A stretch of DNA of 64,000 bases from Pocillopora damicornis (lineage: Eukaryota): contig NW_020846169.1 of the NCBI RefSeq assembly GCF_003704095.1, positions 186,001-250,000 on the forward strand, written 5' to 3'. The notes beneath the pieces are model-generated. The model was not told the DNA's origin and did no database searches. It was given only the letters and a program-made list of their open reading frames with translations. The translations under genes and the position numbers were made by a program. Below are positions 39,101 through 54,100 of the stretch, piece by piece (the first letter of the stretch is position 1; every line of letters starts with the position of its first letter).

Positions 39101-42100
39101 CTTGTGGATTCAAAACAAAGTTAAGCTCATATTAGGAAAATTTCCTCAAAAATCCCTGATGCTGCAGTAATGAAACAGAATGAGCAGTATTTGAAGTATC
39201 ACATTTAAATAACTTTCCTTTTCCTCCTAAGTAGGACAGGGCGTAGACTCTGACTCCAAAATATTGCAAAGGAAAATATATTTATATGGAAAAATAAAAC
39301 ATTAACGTCGAAACCGCCCCTCTAGTCAAAAATAAAATAAACACATACTGGCAGATTTAGCTCTCTTTGATCCGGGTCTTGATCCCTTGGAACCAGGTCT
39401 AGAGCCCTTTTTTGACGCTGATGGTGACTTGGATCCTGATCTTGAGCCTTTCTTAGAACTGGGAGGGGATGGGGTACGGCTTTTAGTTCCTTTCTTCGAT
39501 GTGGGTGGGGAGGGTGAGCGATCCTTCTTGCTTTTCCTGGACTTTGGAGAGCCTTAAGATAAGGACAACAACAAGTGATGTTTAGCCCAACTTGTTAAAT
39601 GTTTCTCAGAATATGAACCAAAAAGAGAAGCTCCGAATGTCTTACTAATTCAATTTCCGGAACAGATCAGCTGCTGACACAAAAGTATTACATGTACACT
39701 TCCAAATGTTGAAGCCAAAAGAGACTAAATGGTCAGCTAGAAAATAATTTGTCTGATTATCTTTAAAATGTCTGTGAAAGTGTAAATTTTAAAAATGCTC
39801 TTTTATCATCATTGCTGTTCAACTATGAAAAGTAACGTAAGCAGAATGACTGAAAATACCAAAACCTAGTTGGTCCACAACCAGGGTTAGAAAAAATAAT
39901 CAAAGAGTAATTAAGACAAAGCTGGAAGTTGAAAGTTATACTCCCATAGCAACGTGAGGTAAATATCATAGCACACTGCAACTTTCGCATCGCATCCAGT
40001 TATTGTATGACAGTTTCTGTAATTAGGCTAACTAGAGTCAAACAAACCTGGTTTAGAGTCTGCTTTATTCTTTGAGGTACCCTTCTCTGACTTGCCATCA
40101 GATTTGGCCCCTACCTCAGATGGAGCCTCAGATGGCGGAGCAACACTTTCTGGAGGAGCTGTAACGCCTTCACTTCCCAAGCCTTCACCTGAAGGCCCAT
40201 CACCAGCAGGCACCTGAGCCCCTGATGGCGTCTCAGCTAAAGAAAAATCCACCTGATGAGTATTGCATTGTAATAGAAGTCAATCTCTCTCATAAGTTGT
40301 CAAATCATTAATTTTGAGAAATTCTATGATTTGAGAGAATGTTAAAGATGATTGCATTTAAAAGAAAATAAGACTGTGTCTCGTAGTTTGGGTTATGGAT
40401 GATTGAGTTACCATGCACTCGCACAGCTAACTAACATCAGAGGGTACATGTATGAAAATCACATGGAAAAAGCTGAAGTGAAAGCTACCATTTTAACATG
40501 GTTGTCACAAAGATGATATGTCAAATAGGCATGTATTTGTACTGCCAAGTTATTAATCTTAATAGAAATCCCTTTAAAGACATTTCAACTGCAGGTCCTA
40601 AATGTTACAATAATAATGGTGACTTAGGTATGTAAATGTTACCTTCAGCTGCCTGTCCTTGGTGAACAGAGGGTTCCTAATTCCAGAGAAAATTACAGTA
40701 TAAGGTTTAAGGACATACACAATGTTAACTCCCGGACATCATGACTTCAACACGATATTTTTGTCCAATTATTGGATATCATCGAACCTGCATTGTATGA
40801 CAGATTCAGTTTTGAATTACACGAGTTGATCACCCCACGTGCTTAGAAAAAAGTTCCTGGCTTTGTCTCGCTCCCCAGATATATAAACAGAAGACGATAG
40901 TACAACTGTAGGGAAAGAACCAAACCTGGTAGGGAAGGGAGGGGATAATGCGTTTACTCCACGTCCAATGCATAAATCAATTGTCTAACAGATAAGAATA
41001 GAGTGAGTGATCTTGACCGAGTAAGAAATCTTAAGTGGGCGAGTGAATTTTAGGTCTATACCTACCCATAACTAACATCATACCATGAGGTAAAAAGGAA
41101 TTGAAATATGTTGATCATGAATGCTCATATGACTCTCGAACAATAACCCAAACTAATCACAAATCTGGCATCGATGCTTGAAAACTTGAAACTAAAACTT
41201 CCATTTGTTTATTGATAGTGACACTAGGATCGCTTTAAATGTTGTAGTTTACTTTTGCTATTTATCACCGGTTATTGTGTCTACTGAAAAATTGTCCTCT
41301 TACTAGAACTTAGTACACTTAAAGTCAATGAAGACTACTCACAGAAGGAAGCTCCTCAGGTGGTGCAATTAATTTCTGATAAGTTTCATTCAGTAAGGCT
41401 GATACTTCGTCATACAGTTCATCTAAACACGAAAACAGAAAAATATTAGGTGACATATTAGTTAAGTGCCATGGCGCTTATCTTCTAAAAACCCATCATT
41501 TTCCAACCTTTAAAGGATATGACATTAAACTGATCAATATAAATCAGAAAGCACTTAACTAATGCAATACAATGAAAATTCCAGAGCAGATAAAAGTTTA
41601 AGTACATGTATAAATGTCATTTACCTTGACTGCTGTTTGCATCAACGCGTTGAAGAACACCAAACTTAGCAAACCATTTTTCTAGCTTTGGCCAGCCATC
41701 ACCAAAACCTACAATCCTGTAAGAGAAGAAAAGACATCTCACGACAAGACAAGCCAAAAATTCTTCTTCCTGCTTGCACCCATCTTATTACTTTTCAAAC
41801 CATAATTTTAGATTACTCTGGCACACAAAACATATTGAACAAATCCAAATACTGTTAACTAAAAAATATGTCTAAGAATTCTTGAGTTAAGCTTCCACTA
41901 TATCATATTTCATCTCTCTTAAATTTCACAACACAATCCCATTCATTTCATTAAAGTAACTTTGCTTGATTATAGAGTAAACAAGAATAAAGAGGAAGGC
42001 TAACCTCTGCTGGACTTGCTCACGGTCATTTGAAGGATCAGTTATGGGGATAACTTTTTCATGTTTATTAATGCCTGTATAACTGCCTTCTACTGGTGGA

Positions 42101-45100
42101 TTATACTCTTGATGGTACTGCTGGGAAGACATGGGATCATCTGAAAACAAACACATTAGAATGTGCTCCTTAATAGCCTAATATTGAAAGAGAAAAAATT
42201 CTACCAATGCATACTTATGTACAATGGAGTTCTCCCGTTAAGCATTTTTAAATGGTTACATAGAGCTTCCATTCTTCAGCATGATAAGAAAAAACAGAAA
42301 TTTGAAAAAAATAAACAAACAAACAAAAAATAGGGAAAGAAAGTTTGTTGGTACTCAAGTGTAAATGGTGTGAATTTAGTGAAATAAAAGGTATTTCTAC
42401 TTGACATATGGCAATGAATTTGAAGGTCTGGATATCAATGCCTTTTGCCAAAAGTGAGGCTGGAAAATTGTGGAACTTCAGGAGTCTATGCATTAAAGAT
42501 AATAAACCAGATTCAGTTCTCATTTGTCAAGTTCATTAATTTAGATTGGTCATAAAGCCCTTACACATTCTTCCTTCAGCTCTCTTTAGTGAAACTTCAT
42601 CAGGCAGGTCAAACAACAATACCAAGTCAATACCACTCTTGGGTGCAGGAGCCTGATCATGAGAAAAGATATTCCAATGGAGTAACTTAAGTCATACATA
42701 GTCTGACTGCAATTAGATAGCAACTCAGGATGGGTAAAGCTCATTGCCTGCCTTTAAAGAACGAAAATGGTGAACAATTTAATACCTTGGCATGTGCCAA
42801 CTAATTAAATCAGAAAGAAAAGAGAATCAATTTCAAATTTGTTAATATCCATATTTCCCACCTTTTCAAATTACAGAATGGGCACTTAAAATATTTGATT
42901 TCATAGATAATTTTGAAATCAAACCAGGTGTATTCTTGGACAAAAAAGTCGTGAATCAGTAGACCCATCAAGCCAATGATTAGTTGCTTCAGTCAGCCTG
43001 TAACTTATTTTTTTCATGCTAACACATACCTCAGGTGAAGGGTGGGGGTCTGGTGCCAGTCTGGATTTCCTGGTCTTGCTAACTTTGCTAGGTTCTTTGG
43101 CAGCTTTAGCATCCTTAGCTTCCTTCTGTGCATCATATCCACTGAGTGATTTTTCCAACAACTAAAATAATTGGAGAGAAAACATTAAGTGAAACCCTTA
43201 TCTTCCTGATTAAGCACCTCTGGGTGTTGATTTTAAACTTTGCTAAGAAGACAAGATTTTCATTCCACTCTTAGACTTTCTCTGAAATAGTATTTTTTTC
43301 CAATAAAGCAGGGTTTTTGCCAAAGTTAATTTACCTTTAAACCTTATGTACCCCCTATAAACTAAGTGTAGCATCAAGTTCAAGTGCATAACCATTCATA
43401 ATGTTTATAGGCTGCTTGAAAAAGGAAATATATGTTGATATATTTCAAGGATTGGGATAATGCTGCTGAAATTGGGATGCAATATATGAAATGTGTTATT
43501 GGCATTCTGTTTAAGAATAATGGTATTAAGGGAATACTTTTCTCTGGGTTCAAGGGACTGGTATCACAGGCTTTTCAATTTGAGAGTCTTGAGATGCCCT
43601 TTAGTCATACCATAACAAAACTGATATGGGTAAGAGGAGTAACAGGAGTTTAGCCATTCATGGTCCTCCTTTTTAGGGAGAGAATAGCCTCAGATAATTT
43701 CCAGGCATATATTAACTAGGAACTGTGTTGGTTCCAATAATCACAACATACCTTGGCTTGGTTAATTGTACTAGGAAACCCATCCATGATCCAACCACTA
43801 CCCTCCGGGACTTGCCTATCAAATTGAACACACTCCTGTTAGTGGTTGATTCTCATTGTTGACACTGAGTCAATGACAAAATGTGAAAAAAGAACTTACA
43901 ACAAATAGGTCACCTGGAATGGGCATGTGGTTTCAAAAGAGTTACTAGCACACTTACCTGACAGCTTCTACCATGATATCAACCAATAATTGGTCTGGTG
44001 TGGTTTTCCCCTTTTTTAGAAAGCTATAGGCCTTTGAACCCAATTTAGCACGGACTGTGAGCTGCCAATATATATCAAATCACAAGTTTATCATTAATAG
44101 CTAACCCTTTGCTAACAACAGCAAATGTTGAATTAAACCATCAATCAATCAGTGACAAAGTAGAGAGAATCACAAACACTGTTAAGGTAGATAACAGACA
44201 TTGAAACCCTTTTGACCTTAATACTTGAATCGCCAATTAAAAACAAGTTCATATTCTGGTCAGAGGTCAATCTTAATGAGATCAATTTCATAGAAAACAT
44301 TATTAATTGAAAGAGTTACAATCTCGAAGGACACATTTGAAACATATACTTACTCATGACAAGGAAATACCTCCTCACAGCCCACAATGATGTTTATTTT
44401 TCCTCAGTGAAGTATAAGGTCATATGTGCTTTAACATTGTTATGGATAGGGAAGAGAGAAGAGCCCATGCAAGTCCAAGAAAAGGTTCCCAAAGGGAATG
44501 ACTCTGAAAGAGGACTTTATTTACTTCCAGACATCACATCTCATTACTTTTTATCTGTTCATAAATTTAAAAGAAACTGTACTAATATTTGCAGTATTGA
44601 TATTTATCTTTCAACAAAGAATAAAAGAAATCTGTAGTTCAGTTTCAGAACCACCTTACATCATTGAAAAGGGACTCTATTACCCATATCTACCCAATAT
44701 ACCTGTATTAAATTAATGTACAAGAGGAGACAGTCAAATAACACTCACAGTGGGCCCCTTAGTTCTTGATAAAACAGGCTCCAGCACTTTAGACTTAGAT
44801 GGTGATTTCTGGTCATCGTCTTTTATGTCAGTCATTTCTTTCTCAAGTTCTTCTTTAGTCTTATCTCTTTTTTCTTCCACATCTACAGCTTCACTGACTT
44901 GTTTTTCTTCCACTTTGTTAGGATCTTCATTTTCTATTTTTACACAAACAATAGGTGAGAATGTTTGCTCCAGTGACCTGTTTCATGAATGGTGAGCCAA
45001 ATGTTTGTAGAGGTCATTTCAAATATTTCTCCATATTTCACACCAATCTTGCTAAAAACAACCCCATGTGAATATGGCTTCTTTTAAAATTGCTGCCTGC

Positions 45101-48100
45101 TCCAGTTAGCACAGTTTTTGGGTCCCTAAAAGATGAGCTTTTTACACAAACTCAGCTGTCAATCAGGTTTGACTCCATTGCATTCCGTCTGTACGTTAAT
45201 CAACCACACTAAAGAGAATATGAAACCAAGACTTCCAACTTAAGGACTTCAGGACTTTGTTCAGTTTTCAATCTAATTATTTCCTCTTATTTTGGCTAGA
45301 GAACAAACTCACTTTCTCAACAGGGAAGGCAATGGAAAAGGAAACATTTTAAGGGCTCTGCATTGAAGGTATTTAAGTGTCTGTCTGAATACAAACCTCT
45401 ACCCTCTCCCATTGTTTCTTCTGGTGCACCTGACTGTGGTGTCACAGCCCTAGACTCCTCAGATGCTTGGTCTTTACTCTTACCAGTCTCTTCATGGATG
45501 CTCACTTTCTTAGTGGAGGTTCCTTCATCCTGAAAAAAAAAACTCATGCTAAGTCTTTAAGCTCTTCAGGTTACCAAGTATTTGTGTACTTGCACTCTTA
45601 ATGGCTATGAATCTTAAGATAACCACCATACCAGTATTGCTGTCTCCTCTGAAGGTTCCTCTATACATTCATTGTTTTTAAAAGCATTAATGGCCTCTGC
45701 AACAAGATCATCCACAGAGAGTCTAACCATTCGATGACCTGAAATGAAAGAATGATCCAAAGAATGGAATACATTTTAATCACATGAAGAAAAAGAGAAA
45801 AGCTTTTTCTTTGAAATTGAAAGAACCCCTGTTTTTATATACCTCAATTTTTTCATGTATATAATAAAGTAGAAGCCTAGGTTGCATATCATCAACAGGT
45901 AAGGGATCCTACTCACCTTTTCACAAATGTTAGCAAGTCTTTAATTACAAATTTGGTAATCACTTGCCAAAACTGGCTAGCAAAATTTCAAGATATGAAT
46001 TAATTACAAGTCATCTAGCTTTTAGGTACATTTTAAAAGAAAGTTTTTAAAAGCATTAACAATATTATATCGATTCAATAAAGCACAGTAAAACACTGCA
46101 TATTTGGCACAAAAATTGTTCATAAAAGAGACAGATACCCCCCCCCACACACACACACACACACACAGTTTAAACAATACACTGGTTCCAAAGTAGCAAC
46201 CCCAAGGCATTTTGCTTACATTCATCTATGACTTGCAATCAGCACCAAAAAAAAAAAAACTTGTGTGAATTCTAATTGTCCTGTTCATCAAAATAAAGTC
46301 AAACATCAACGAACAATTATATAATAAACAAAGCATCACTCACCTTCAAGAATTTTATTAATTGTTGTGGTTTTCCCGCTAAAAAACTTTCCAAGAAAAC
46401 AGACCTTGATTGGAAAAGGTGGAAACTCAGGAGGAGGTGGAGGTGCCTACATAATAAACAAAACCCTTAACAATCTGTTGACAGTAAAAGTACCTATTTG
46501 CTCCAACCTATTATTGAAATATAAATTGAAATTTTCTTCCAAAAGTTTGGTTACACCATGAAGTCCTTATGAGCATTTACAAAGTATTCTAGAACATTCT
46601 GGAAGCTTAAAACACAACTACTTTGGTAGTGTTACTTCATGACTACATGACCTAATCAAGTGTTCCAGAAAGTTCCATGGTATGTAAGTCAGCATGACTA
46701 AGCACTCTAGAAATTTCTAGATATTTCCCCTACAGTTTAATATCCATAACAGTTGTAGACATAGCTATGAGGTTAACCTCAAGTTTAAGAACTTGAGATA
46801 ACAATACATAATCACTCTACCTCTGGTGGAGAGACAATGTTAAAGAGCCTGTGAATGATATGACCTAGGACTGCATTATCCTTTGCAGGTCCCTGTATTT
46901 CTGATCCTTCAACAGGAGTCCATTCACCAATTAAATTCTATGTGAAAACAGAAAAAAATAACTTGATGCATAAGACAGTTGTCCACACACTTAGGACTTT
47001 GGTGATAAGTGCAGAAAAAAATTGAAACCAGTATAAAATCATTTCAATCTAAACTTAACCTTAAAATACAAAAAAGAGGCTATTTAAAAGTTAACATGGT
47101 TGACAAGATGAAAGCATTTGATACAAGTCTGTGCAGAGATCAACACTCAAACAACAAGAAAAAAACAGAACTTTTAGGTTTCTTTGTCCTTTGAAACTAG
47201 TCTATAATTCAAGGTGGACTTCATTCCAACCAAATTTGAAATTGCATATTAGCTTTGGTTGCTACCCACCTTGTACTCTAAAAAATCTCCCTCATCCATC
47301 AAATCCTCTTTTTCTTTCTCAATTTCTTTCTGTTTGGAAAGTTCAGTACTGGACTCTTCAGTTGGCTGAAAAAAAGAACAAAGAATGCCATATTTATATT
47401 AGGTGTTTCAACTACGCTGTCCTGTAGTGCAGTTTAAGTAAAATACAACACATCTAGAGTGAAAAAAATGGCTTAACCTGATCCTCATAAATGGGAAGTC
47501 CTTCAAAGAACAGTGCTTTCCATTCTCTGAACATCTTGGGTGGAATGAGTCTGTGTCGGAAGATACACAATTTAATTACATCATTCTAATTGTGCATAAT
47601 GATGGAAATAAAAATGAACAGCAGATTATGGTATATTAAAACAATCATAAACTTTGTGTCAAATGAAACAGAGATTGTTGTGCTAAGTGCACACATTCAA
47701 TAATAAACCAGTCACAGTCAATCACAATTCACTCTAAGCACAAATAATGGTTTGTCCACTGTCTGGTAATTTTTGTTGAGAGAATGAAAATATTACTGTA
47801 ATTTCTAAAACACTTAGACACTCCAATTTTGTACATATCTTATCCTTGCATTTCTGCACCTTACAGCAAATGTATAGCAAGATCTCCAAAGGAGGTCACT
47901 ATCTTTTGTAATAAAATTTATTGTCATATTACAGCAATATGACATGAATAAAAATTCTTCTCCAATTACGTTTCATCAACATGAGAACAAATCAAATCAA
48001 CATTATATAAACATGTACCACACCTTGCACATTTTCAACCCCCTAAATACTATTTCCCTGTTTCATGCCAACAACAGTAACCATTTCATCTAAATTTTAA

Positions 48101-51100
48101 AAACACTTTAAAACTGTACAAATTTATTAAGACCTTGAAGGCTTATTAATTGGCAAAAAGAAAATTTCTATGCTTTCCTTTCAAGAGCATACAATGCATT
48201 CAAACTTACTTTTCAGTGAGTTCTCTGTATTCTCCTATTTTACAAGAGAAGTCCACAATCTGTGACAAAACCTATCAGAGAAAAACAGCCAAAAAACAAG
48301 GAAAGAAGAAATCAGAGGATTAAATAAAATATCAACTTACAGAGGTACCAGATAAGTAACTAATTTAAACAAAACAATTAAGTCTCCTCTTCATCAGCAA
48401 AAGAAATGTTTTTCTTTCAGTCTCTCCATTTCTTGTATTGAATGTCAGTGTCACTGGCCAATTAACTTACATAAATTTGAATAGTGATAAAACAAGAAAA
48501 CAAACCTTCTGGGTATACTAAATTACCAAACTGGTGAAGCACTATGAAGGGGACTTACCTCCCTGCAAATATTATAGTGCTTTTGATACTTTGCCTCTGC
48601 AATTTCTGCTTTTACTTTATCATTCAATTCCTGAGCTTTCCTTGTCTCCTCTGCATATTCTATTCTGGCCTGACGACATAATTCCTGTTGAAAAGTTTAC
48701 TGTGATGTTACTTTAAAATCACAGAGTTTATGATCTCAACTTTTCTGCATTACCTGGGAATATAACTTCAACATAAGTACAATCAGAGCAGCATAAGGGA
48801 AGATACTGCATGTATATCACAATACTCAACAAGCACAATTTGTGACAGCTTGCCATAAAATTTTCCAAAACTTAAGGAGCGGTTATTTACGTGGGGTGTA
48901 AACCAAACTGCCATTTAATGCAAACAGTGGGCCTCAGGTATTGTGTATAAGAGGATTTATTTTAAAAAAAAGGTATTTCCATTGTTAGGTTTTGGTTCTC
49001 TTAATACTGTTCACAAAAATAAATATTCAGATGAAAGGTTTGGCTAAAGTGGAGATACTTTCAGTTGGTATGTAGTGTTGTTAAACAATGGCTAAATTGT
49101 TTGTAAATAACCAGCTCTTAAAGTTAAATATGTTTAATCTGACATTGATATTAGTTATAAACATAAGACTATTATGTACATAAGCTCTTACCGCTTCTCT
49201 TGTTAATGCATCATCAAAGTCTTTCAGTCTTCTCTCTGCATACTGTTTCTCTCTAAATATCCTTTTTTAGAAAAAAATACTTCCATCAAATATCTTTGAT
49301 CATTGTGGGTCCAAATTTTAAAATAGCTGGATTCAATTTCAACTCAACAATAATTTGGACCAATCATTACCTACTATCACCAAGAATATTAACCAAAGGA
49401 TAAATGTTTACCACCAAGAGCATTATTCAAAGACAGGTTACAACTTATTCCACGTGTACCCAACATACCTGTTTTGACGAATGACTTCTTTTTCATGGCG
49501 AATCTGTGGGTGGTTGAAGCAATTAAGTTAATAAAGTTTGATTTGATGGCATTCACACAAAAGTTTTTTAATCTTGCTAATCTCATATTTTACAGCAAAA
49601 TATTGAGAAGTTGTTGTAGCCAGTAAAGCATTACTGTAAGTTGAAATCTAAACCGTTATAATGCAGCATTTTGGAAAACAACAAAATACACCAATTGAAG
49701 AAAAGAAGTCCAATCAGTTATACCTGATCCAAAGAATCCATAGGTTCTCCTTATCAGAAGGAAAGTTAGACAGGACTTTTTGTATAAAAATTGCTCGTTG
49801 TGAAAGAGTATTTCATGGCCCAGCAACATATAATGATTTCTATTATCCAATACATGCTGTTATTTCAAAACAGTCCATTTTGTGTTACAGTTAGGGGAGA
49901 AAGAATGTTACCCAAGATTTAATTAGTTCCAACAAAATCCAAGTTTCATGTTATGACAATCACAGGAACTAGATTGCATTTTTAATAAGTCCATCACCTG
50001 CCAATTGCATTTACCAGAAATCCTGTTAATGTTATGTCAGCAGTTTTTACCACAGATTTTAAACTTTAATGCTGTTATGACCAACCCTTCACAGTCTAAT
50101 GGAGCCTACATTGTAGGGTACATTGAAAATGAATTTACAAAACCATCAAATCAAATTTGCCATTCTAAACCAGGTCTTAAATGGCACTTGTCTTGGGATG
50201 AAAAAACGTACACTTATGACACTCATACACAAGTTGTGACAAATGTTTTTGGTTTGAATAAGTCACTGTTATTAAGTATTGATAAAGATTGATACCAACA
50301 ATTGAGAAATGTAGGCCTTAGTTAAAGTAACACCAATGCATAAGACTCAACCTGCATAAGTTGGACAGCAATCCTTCTCTCCTGCTGCGATTGTCTCATG
50401 AGTCTGTTCACAAGCATCTCTTCACGATGTGCTTCCTGAAAAATTGGCATAAGACTCACTGATGAACTACTACAAATCATTCTACAATTTTTTGGTTATT
50501 GTCTAATCCACATTTCCATGTGATAGAGATAAAATCCTAAATTTCTCTAAATATAATTATTACAATGTATCAATGAAATGTTTGGTGTTTGTTCAGCAAT
50601 GAATCTTTCCAAAAAAAAAAGTTATTTAAGTATTAAGTGTTATATAAATGCTGCCTGAAAAAGGGGCACTGAGAAGTATTTTCTTATTTCAAAGCAAGAA
50701 TTATATGAAACAACTCATCAATTACATATACTTTTGAATACTTCAATCAGATTTTTCCAGGGATGTTTAGCTACACTGTAACTGGACCACATTCTCTAAA
50801 CATCAAACAATTAAGTTAAAGTAACAATGACATCAATTTAAAGCATTTAGAAGATATTTAGCTTCCTTTTTAATCTTACTTCTTGAGCCTCATGCGCCTT
50901 CATCTGTTCAATCAAGACTCTCCTTCTTCTCTTCTCTCTTTCCTAGAAAAGAGGATATGCTGGTTATTTTCTGGAACCCTGTAGTTATTGTGACTTCTTG
51001 TCACTTAACATGCAAGTTAAAAAAACAACAACAAGGAAACAGCTACACAACTGGTAACAACATGAAAAGGTCTTCCTGAGCTTCAGGCAAATTTCTTCTG

Positions 51101-54100
51101 GCTCTTTTGGACAGTTACTTATAAAATAAATTAAAGTTCACATGGCAACCAAGTGGACAATCAGACATGGTTTGATGCTACTCTAGTTTACACATTTAAC
51201 AAATGTAACCGAAGAAGTTACAATTCATAGACCCAATGTTTCAACACTCCTGTCTAGTATCTTCATCAGGGGTGATCTAAACGCTGCAACAAGAGGTCCT
51301 TTTATACAATCACTAATTAGCTGCCTTTTTTCTGACAAATTGTAAATAGGCATCAGGAAGTAAACCACCATCATCACAATTTAAAGGAGCGTGGGCAGAG
51401 TTAAAGCTTCCAAACAAAGGCACTGGTGGTAATGCCGATTAGTGGTGATAATTTTAGATTTATCCCACCCAATTGTGTGGTTAGTTAGGCATGTGTGCTC
51501 CAATAAAGCTAAATTTCTTTTTTGCAAAAGAAAACTGCTTTTTGATGCTCTTTCAAATATGTACAAAACTGATGTTTGGTCTGTCCAATGTATTCATTGT
51601 CACAGTCATTACAAGGAATAGAATAAATGGCGTCAGTTCGTTGTTCTTTTGTGACCGGATCTTTAGGTTTGGCAAAAATATGCCCCAAAGTCTGAAAAGG
51701 TTTTTGAGCTACTTTAACGTCATGGCTATTCAAAATTCTCTTGATGGGTTCTGTAACACCCTGAATATAAGGAATAATGGCAAAACCAGTCACTGGTTCC
51801 CTTTCATCAGGAGTGCTACTAATTGTTACTGGTTTTTGGCAGTTACAGAGAAAAGGTTTTGTATAGCCATTTGCCTTTAAGACATCAGAGTCATATTTCC
51901 TCTCCTCACCCTTGAATTAAGAGAACATGGTAGACAGTCAGCCCTCCTAAGTAAAGTTTTGGCCACAGACTTAGATAACATGTCGATGATGTTATTTATG
52001 CAGTATGCGGAAATGTAAACAGTAAAGCTGTTTATCAAATTCACCCTTGAGCATGAAAATGATAGACATTTGCCATTTCTTGATTTAAATATATATGTCC
52101 TGAGGGGTTCAGGGGAATTTAGAGAAAAGTGTCTATCATAAACCTACCCACACCAACAAATACCTCACTTTTGATTCTCACCACCCTATGCCATAAAAAG
52201 TCTGTAGGCAAAACTTTACTCAGGCTTACTTCCTGACGCCTATTTACACCTCATCAGAAAAAAGGCAGCTAATTAGTGATTGTATAAAAGGACCTCTTGT
52301 TGCAGCATTTAGATCACCCCTGATGAAGGCACTAGACAGGAGTGTCGAAACACTGGGTCTGAGTTGTAACTTCTCTAGTTACATTCATTAAATCTGTAAA
52401 CCAGAGTAACGTTAAATCATGTCCAGTTACTTATAATATACCATATAGCTACTATAATAATGATAATAACATCTTTTCACCTACAACATTATATGGCTTT
52501 AGAAATGCAATACCTTTCTAGCAACTGAGTTTTCCTCCAGTCTTGTCCTGATTTTATTGATGTAATCATCATTCGATCTGGGCTGAGTAGAAAAGAAATA
52601 GAAATGCAATCTATGAGATGGCCACAAGCAACAATTTATCAATTATTATTCCTTTAACCTGCATTTATTTTGTTAAAAGTTGACAAATAGACAATAGGGT
52701 AGGTAGAAAATGTTAAACTCATAAAATCAATTTGGGAAGAAGACCCCACTTTATACAAACACACTCTATTGAGTGGACACTAGCTGAGCCTGCAGGTAAC
52801 AAATCTTTCCATCCATATTTACAGTAAAATAAATGTACATTCAGCAAAAGGAATACACCAACACTAAGTGCTTTGGTCACACAAAATAGTCCCTAAAAAC
52901 ATTAAGCTTCAAATTACAGATAAAGTCTACAATTTTTTTCTTTAAAAACATTTATTGGACAACATAATTGTGGGTCTCTTAATGGAAACAGCTGGATTTG
53001 AAAGTTTGTTAATTTATATAATCACTCACCCTGTTCTTCATCTATTCAGGGGTTAACAGTTTACTCTGCAGTTCAATTTGTAAATCTGTTGTCTTATAAT
53101 GGACATTGGCAATATTACTTTGGAAGTCTGTAGCTTAATAGAGGTTTCATTGCCCTCTTAAACCTAACTGAGGTTAAATATTCAATCATAATCTTGGCTA
53201 CCCTTATAATCAGTAACTTTACCCGTCTGTCTTAAGTGTTATTTACTTACTTTAATGTATGACAGCGGATCCACAGGCTTCTTGGGAGATTGGGTACCAA
53301 GGAAGGTGTCAATTTCAGTGTCAATCTCTCGGTTAGATTCTCTGGATACAAAACAGCTCACAAGTTAACAAACTTTCAATGAACAGAATGTTTATAAAAA
53401 CTATAACATTTTGATTCATTTTCAGGGGCTAATGACTGAACAAGCCATTTATAATGGTTCAAGCTTATTTAATGTCAGTCATCTATTTTTCCACACATCA
53501 TGTACATTAGCACTACCATATAAAAGTAGTTAGAGGTTGACTTCTTCTTGTCCTTCAAAAGTTTGAAAAAGTGGGCAAAAGACACACCTAGATATCTCAC
53601 TTAAAACTGACAGATAAATTGAGACTATAGCTTAACACAGTATTGACCTACCCCTCAAATCCTATTGGACTAGCTGGTGGAATAACAGCCCTCATACTTG
53701 CTTCAAATGCATCAATGCTTTCCTTTACCTCCTGAAAATTGTAACCATACAATTGTGCTTTTTATTTAATTTGAATTTCAGCATTCAACACAAGCACTCA
53801 ATTCAAAGGAGTATTTGAATTACACCTTTTTCAGTTCAAGGTGACAGCTCACTTAAATGAATTATTACTCCTAAACCAGAAGAAGGTAAACAAATACAAT
53901 GCAGGTTAAAGGAAGGGTTGGAGGGCTGATCAGAGAATCTATATCTAAGAGCAAATATCATGCAGTCAAACATGAAAGCAAGTCCTGAAGTGTCACCTTT
54001 AAACACAGATTTTTAATTGACAAATCAATTTTTGTTTTGATCTTCCATTTATTCATTTTTGCAACTCAAGCTTTAACACACTAGGATGCAAAATATTAAA

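Noticed and set aside
44934-44977. Longer version of the SPEF2 exon using the acceptor at 44979-44978
   Set aside because: Phase-incompatible with the upstream exon; the acceptor at 44935-44934 restores frame.
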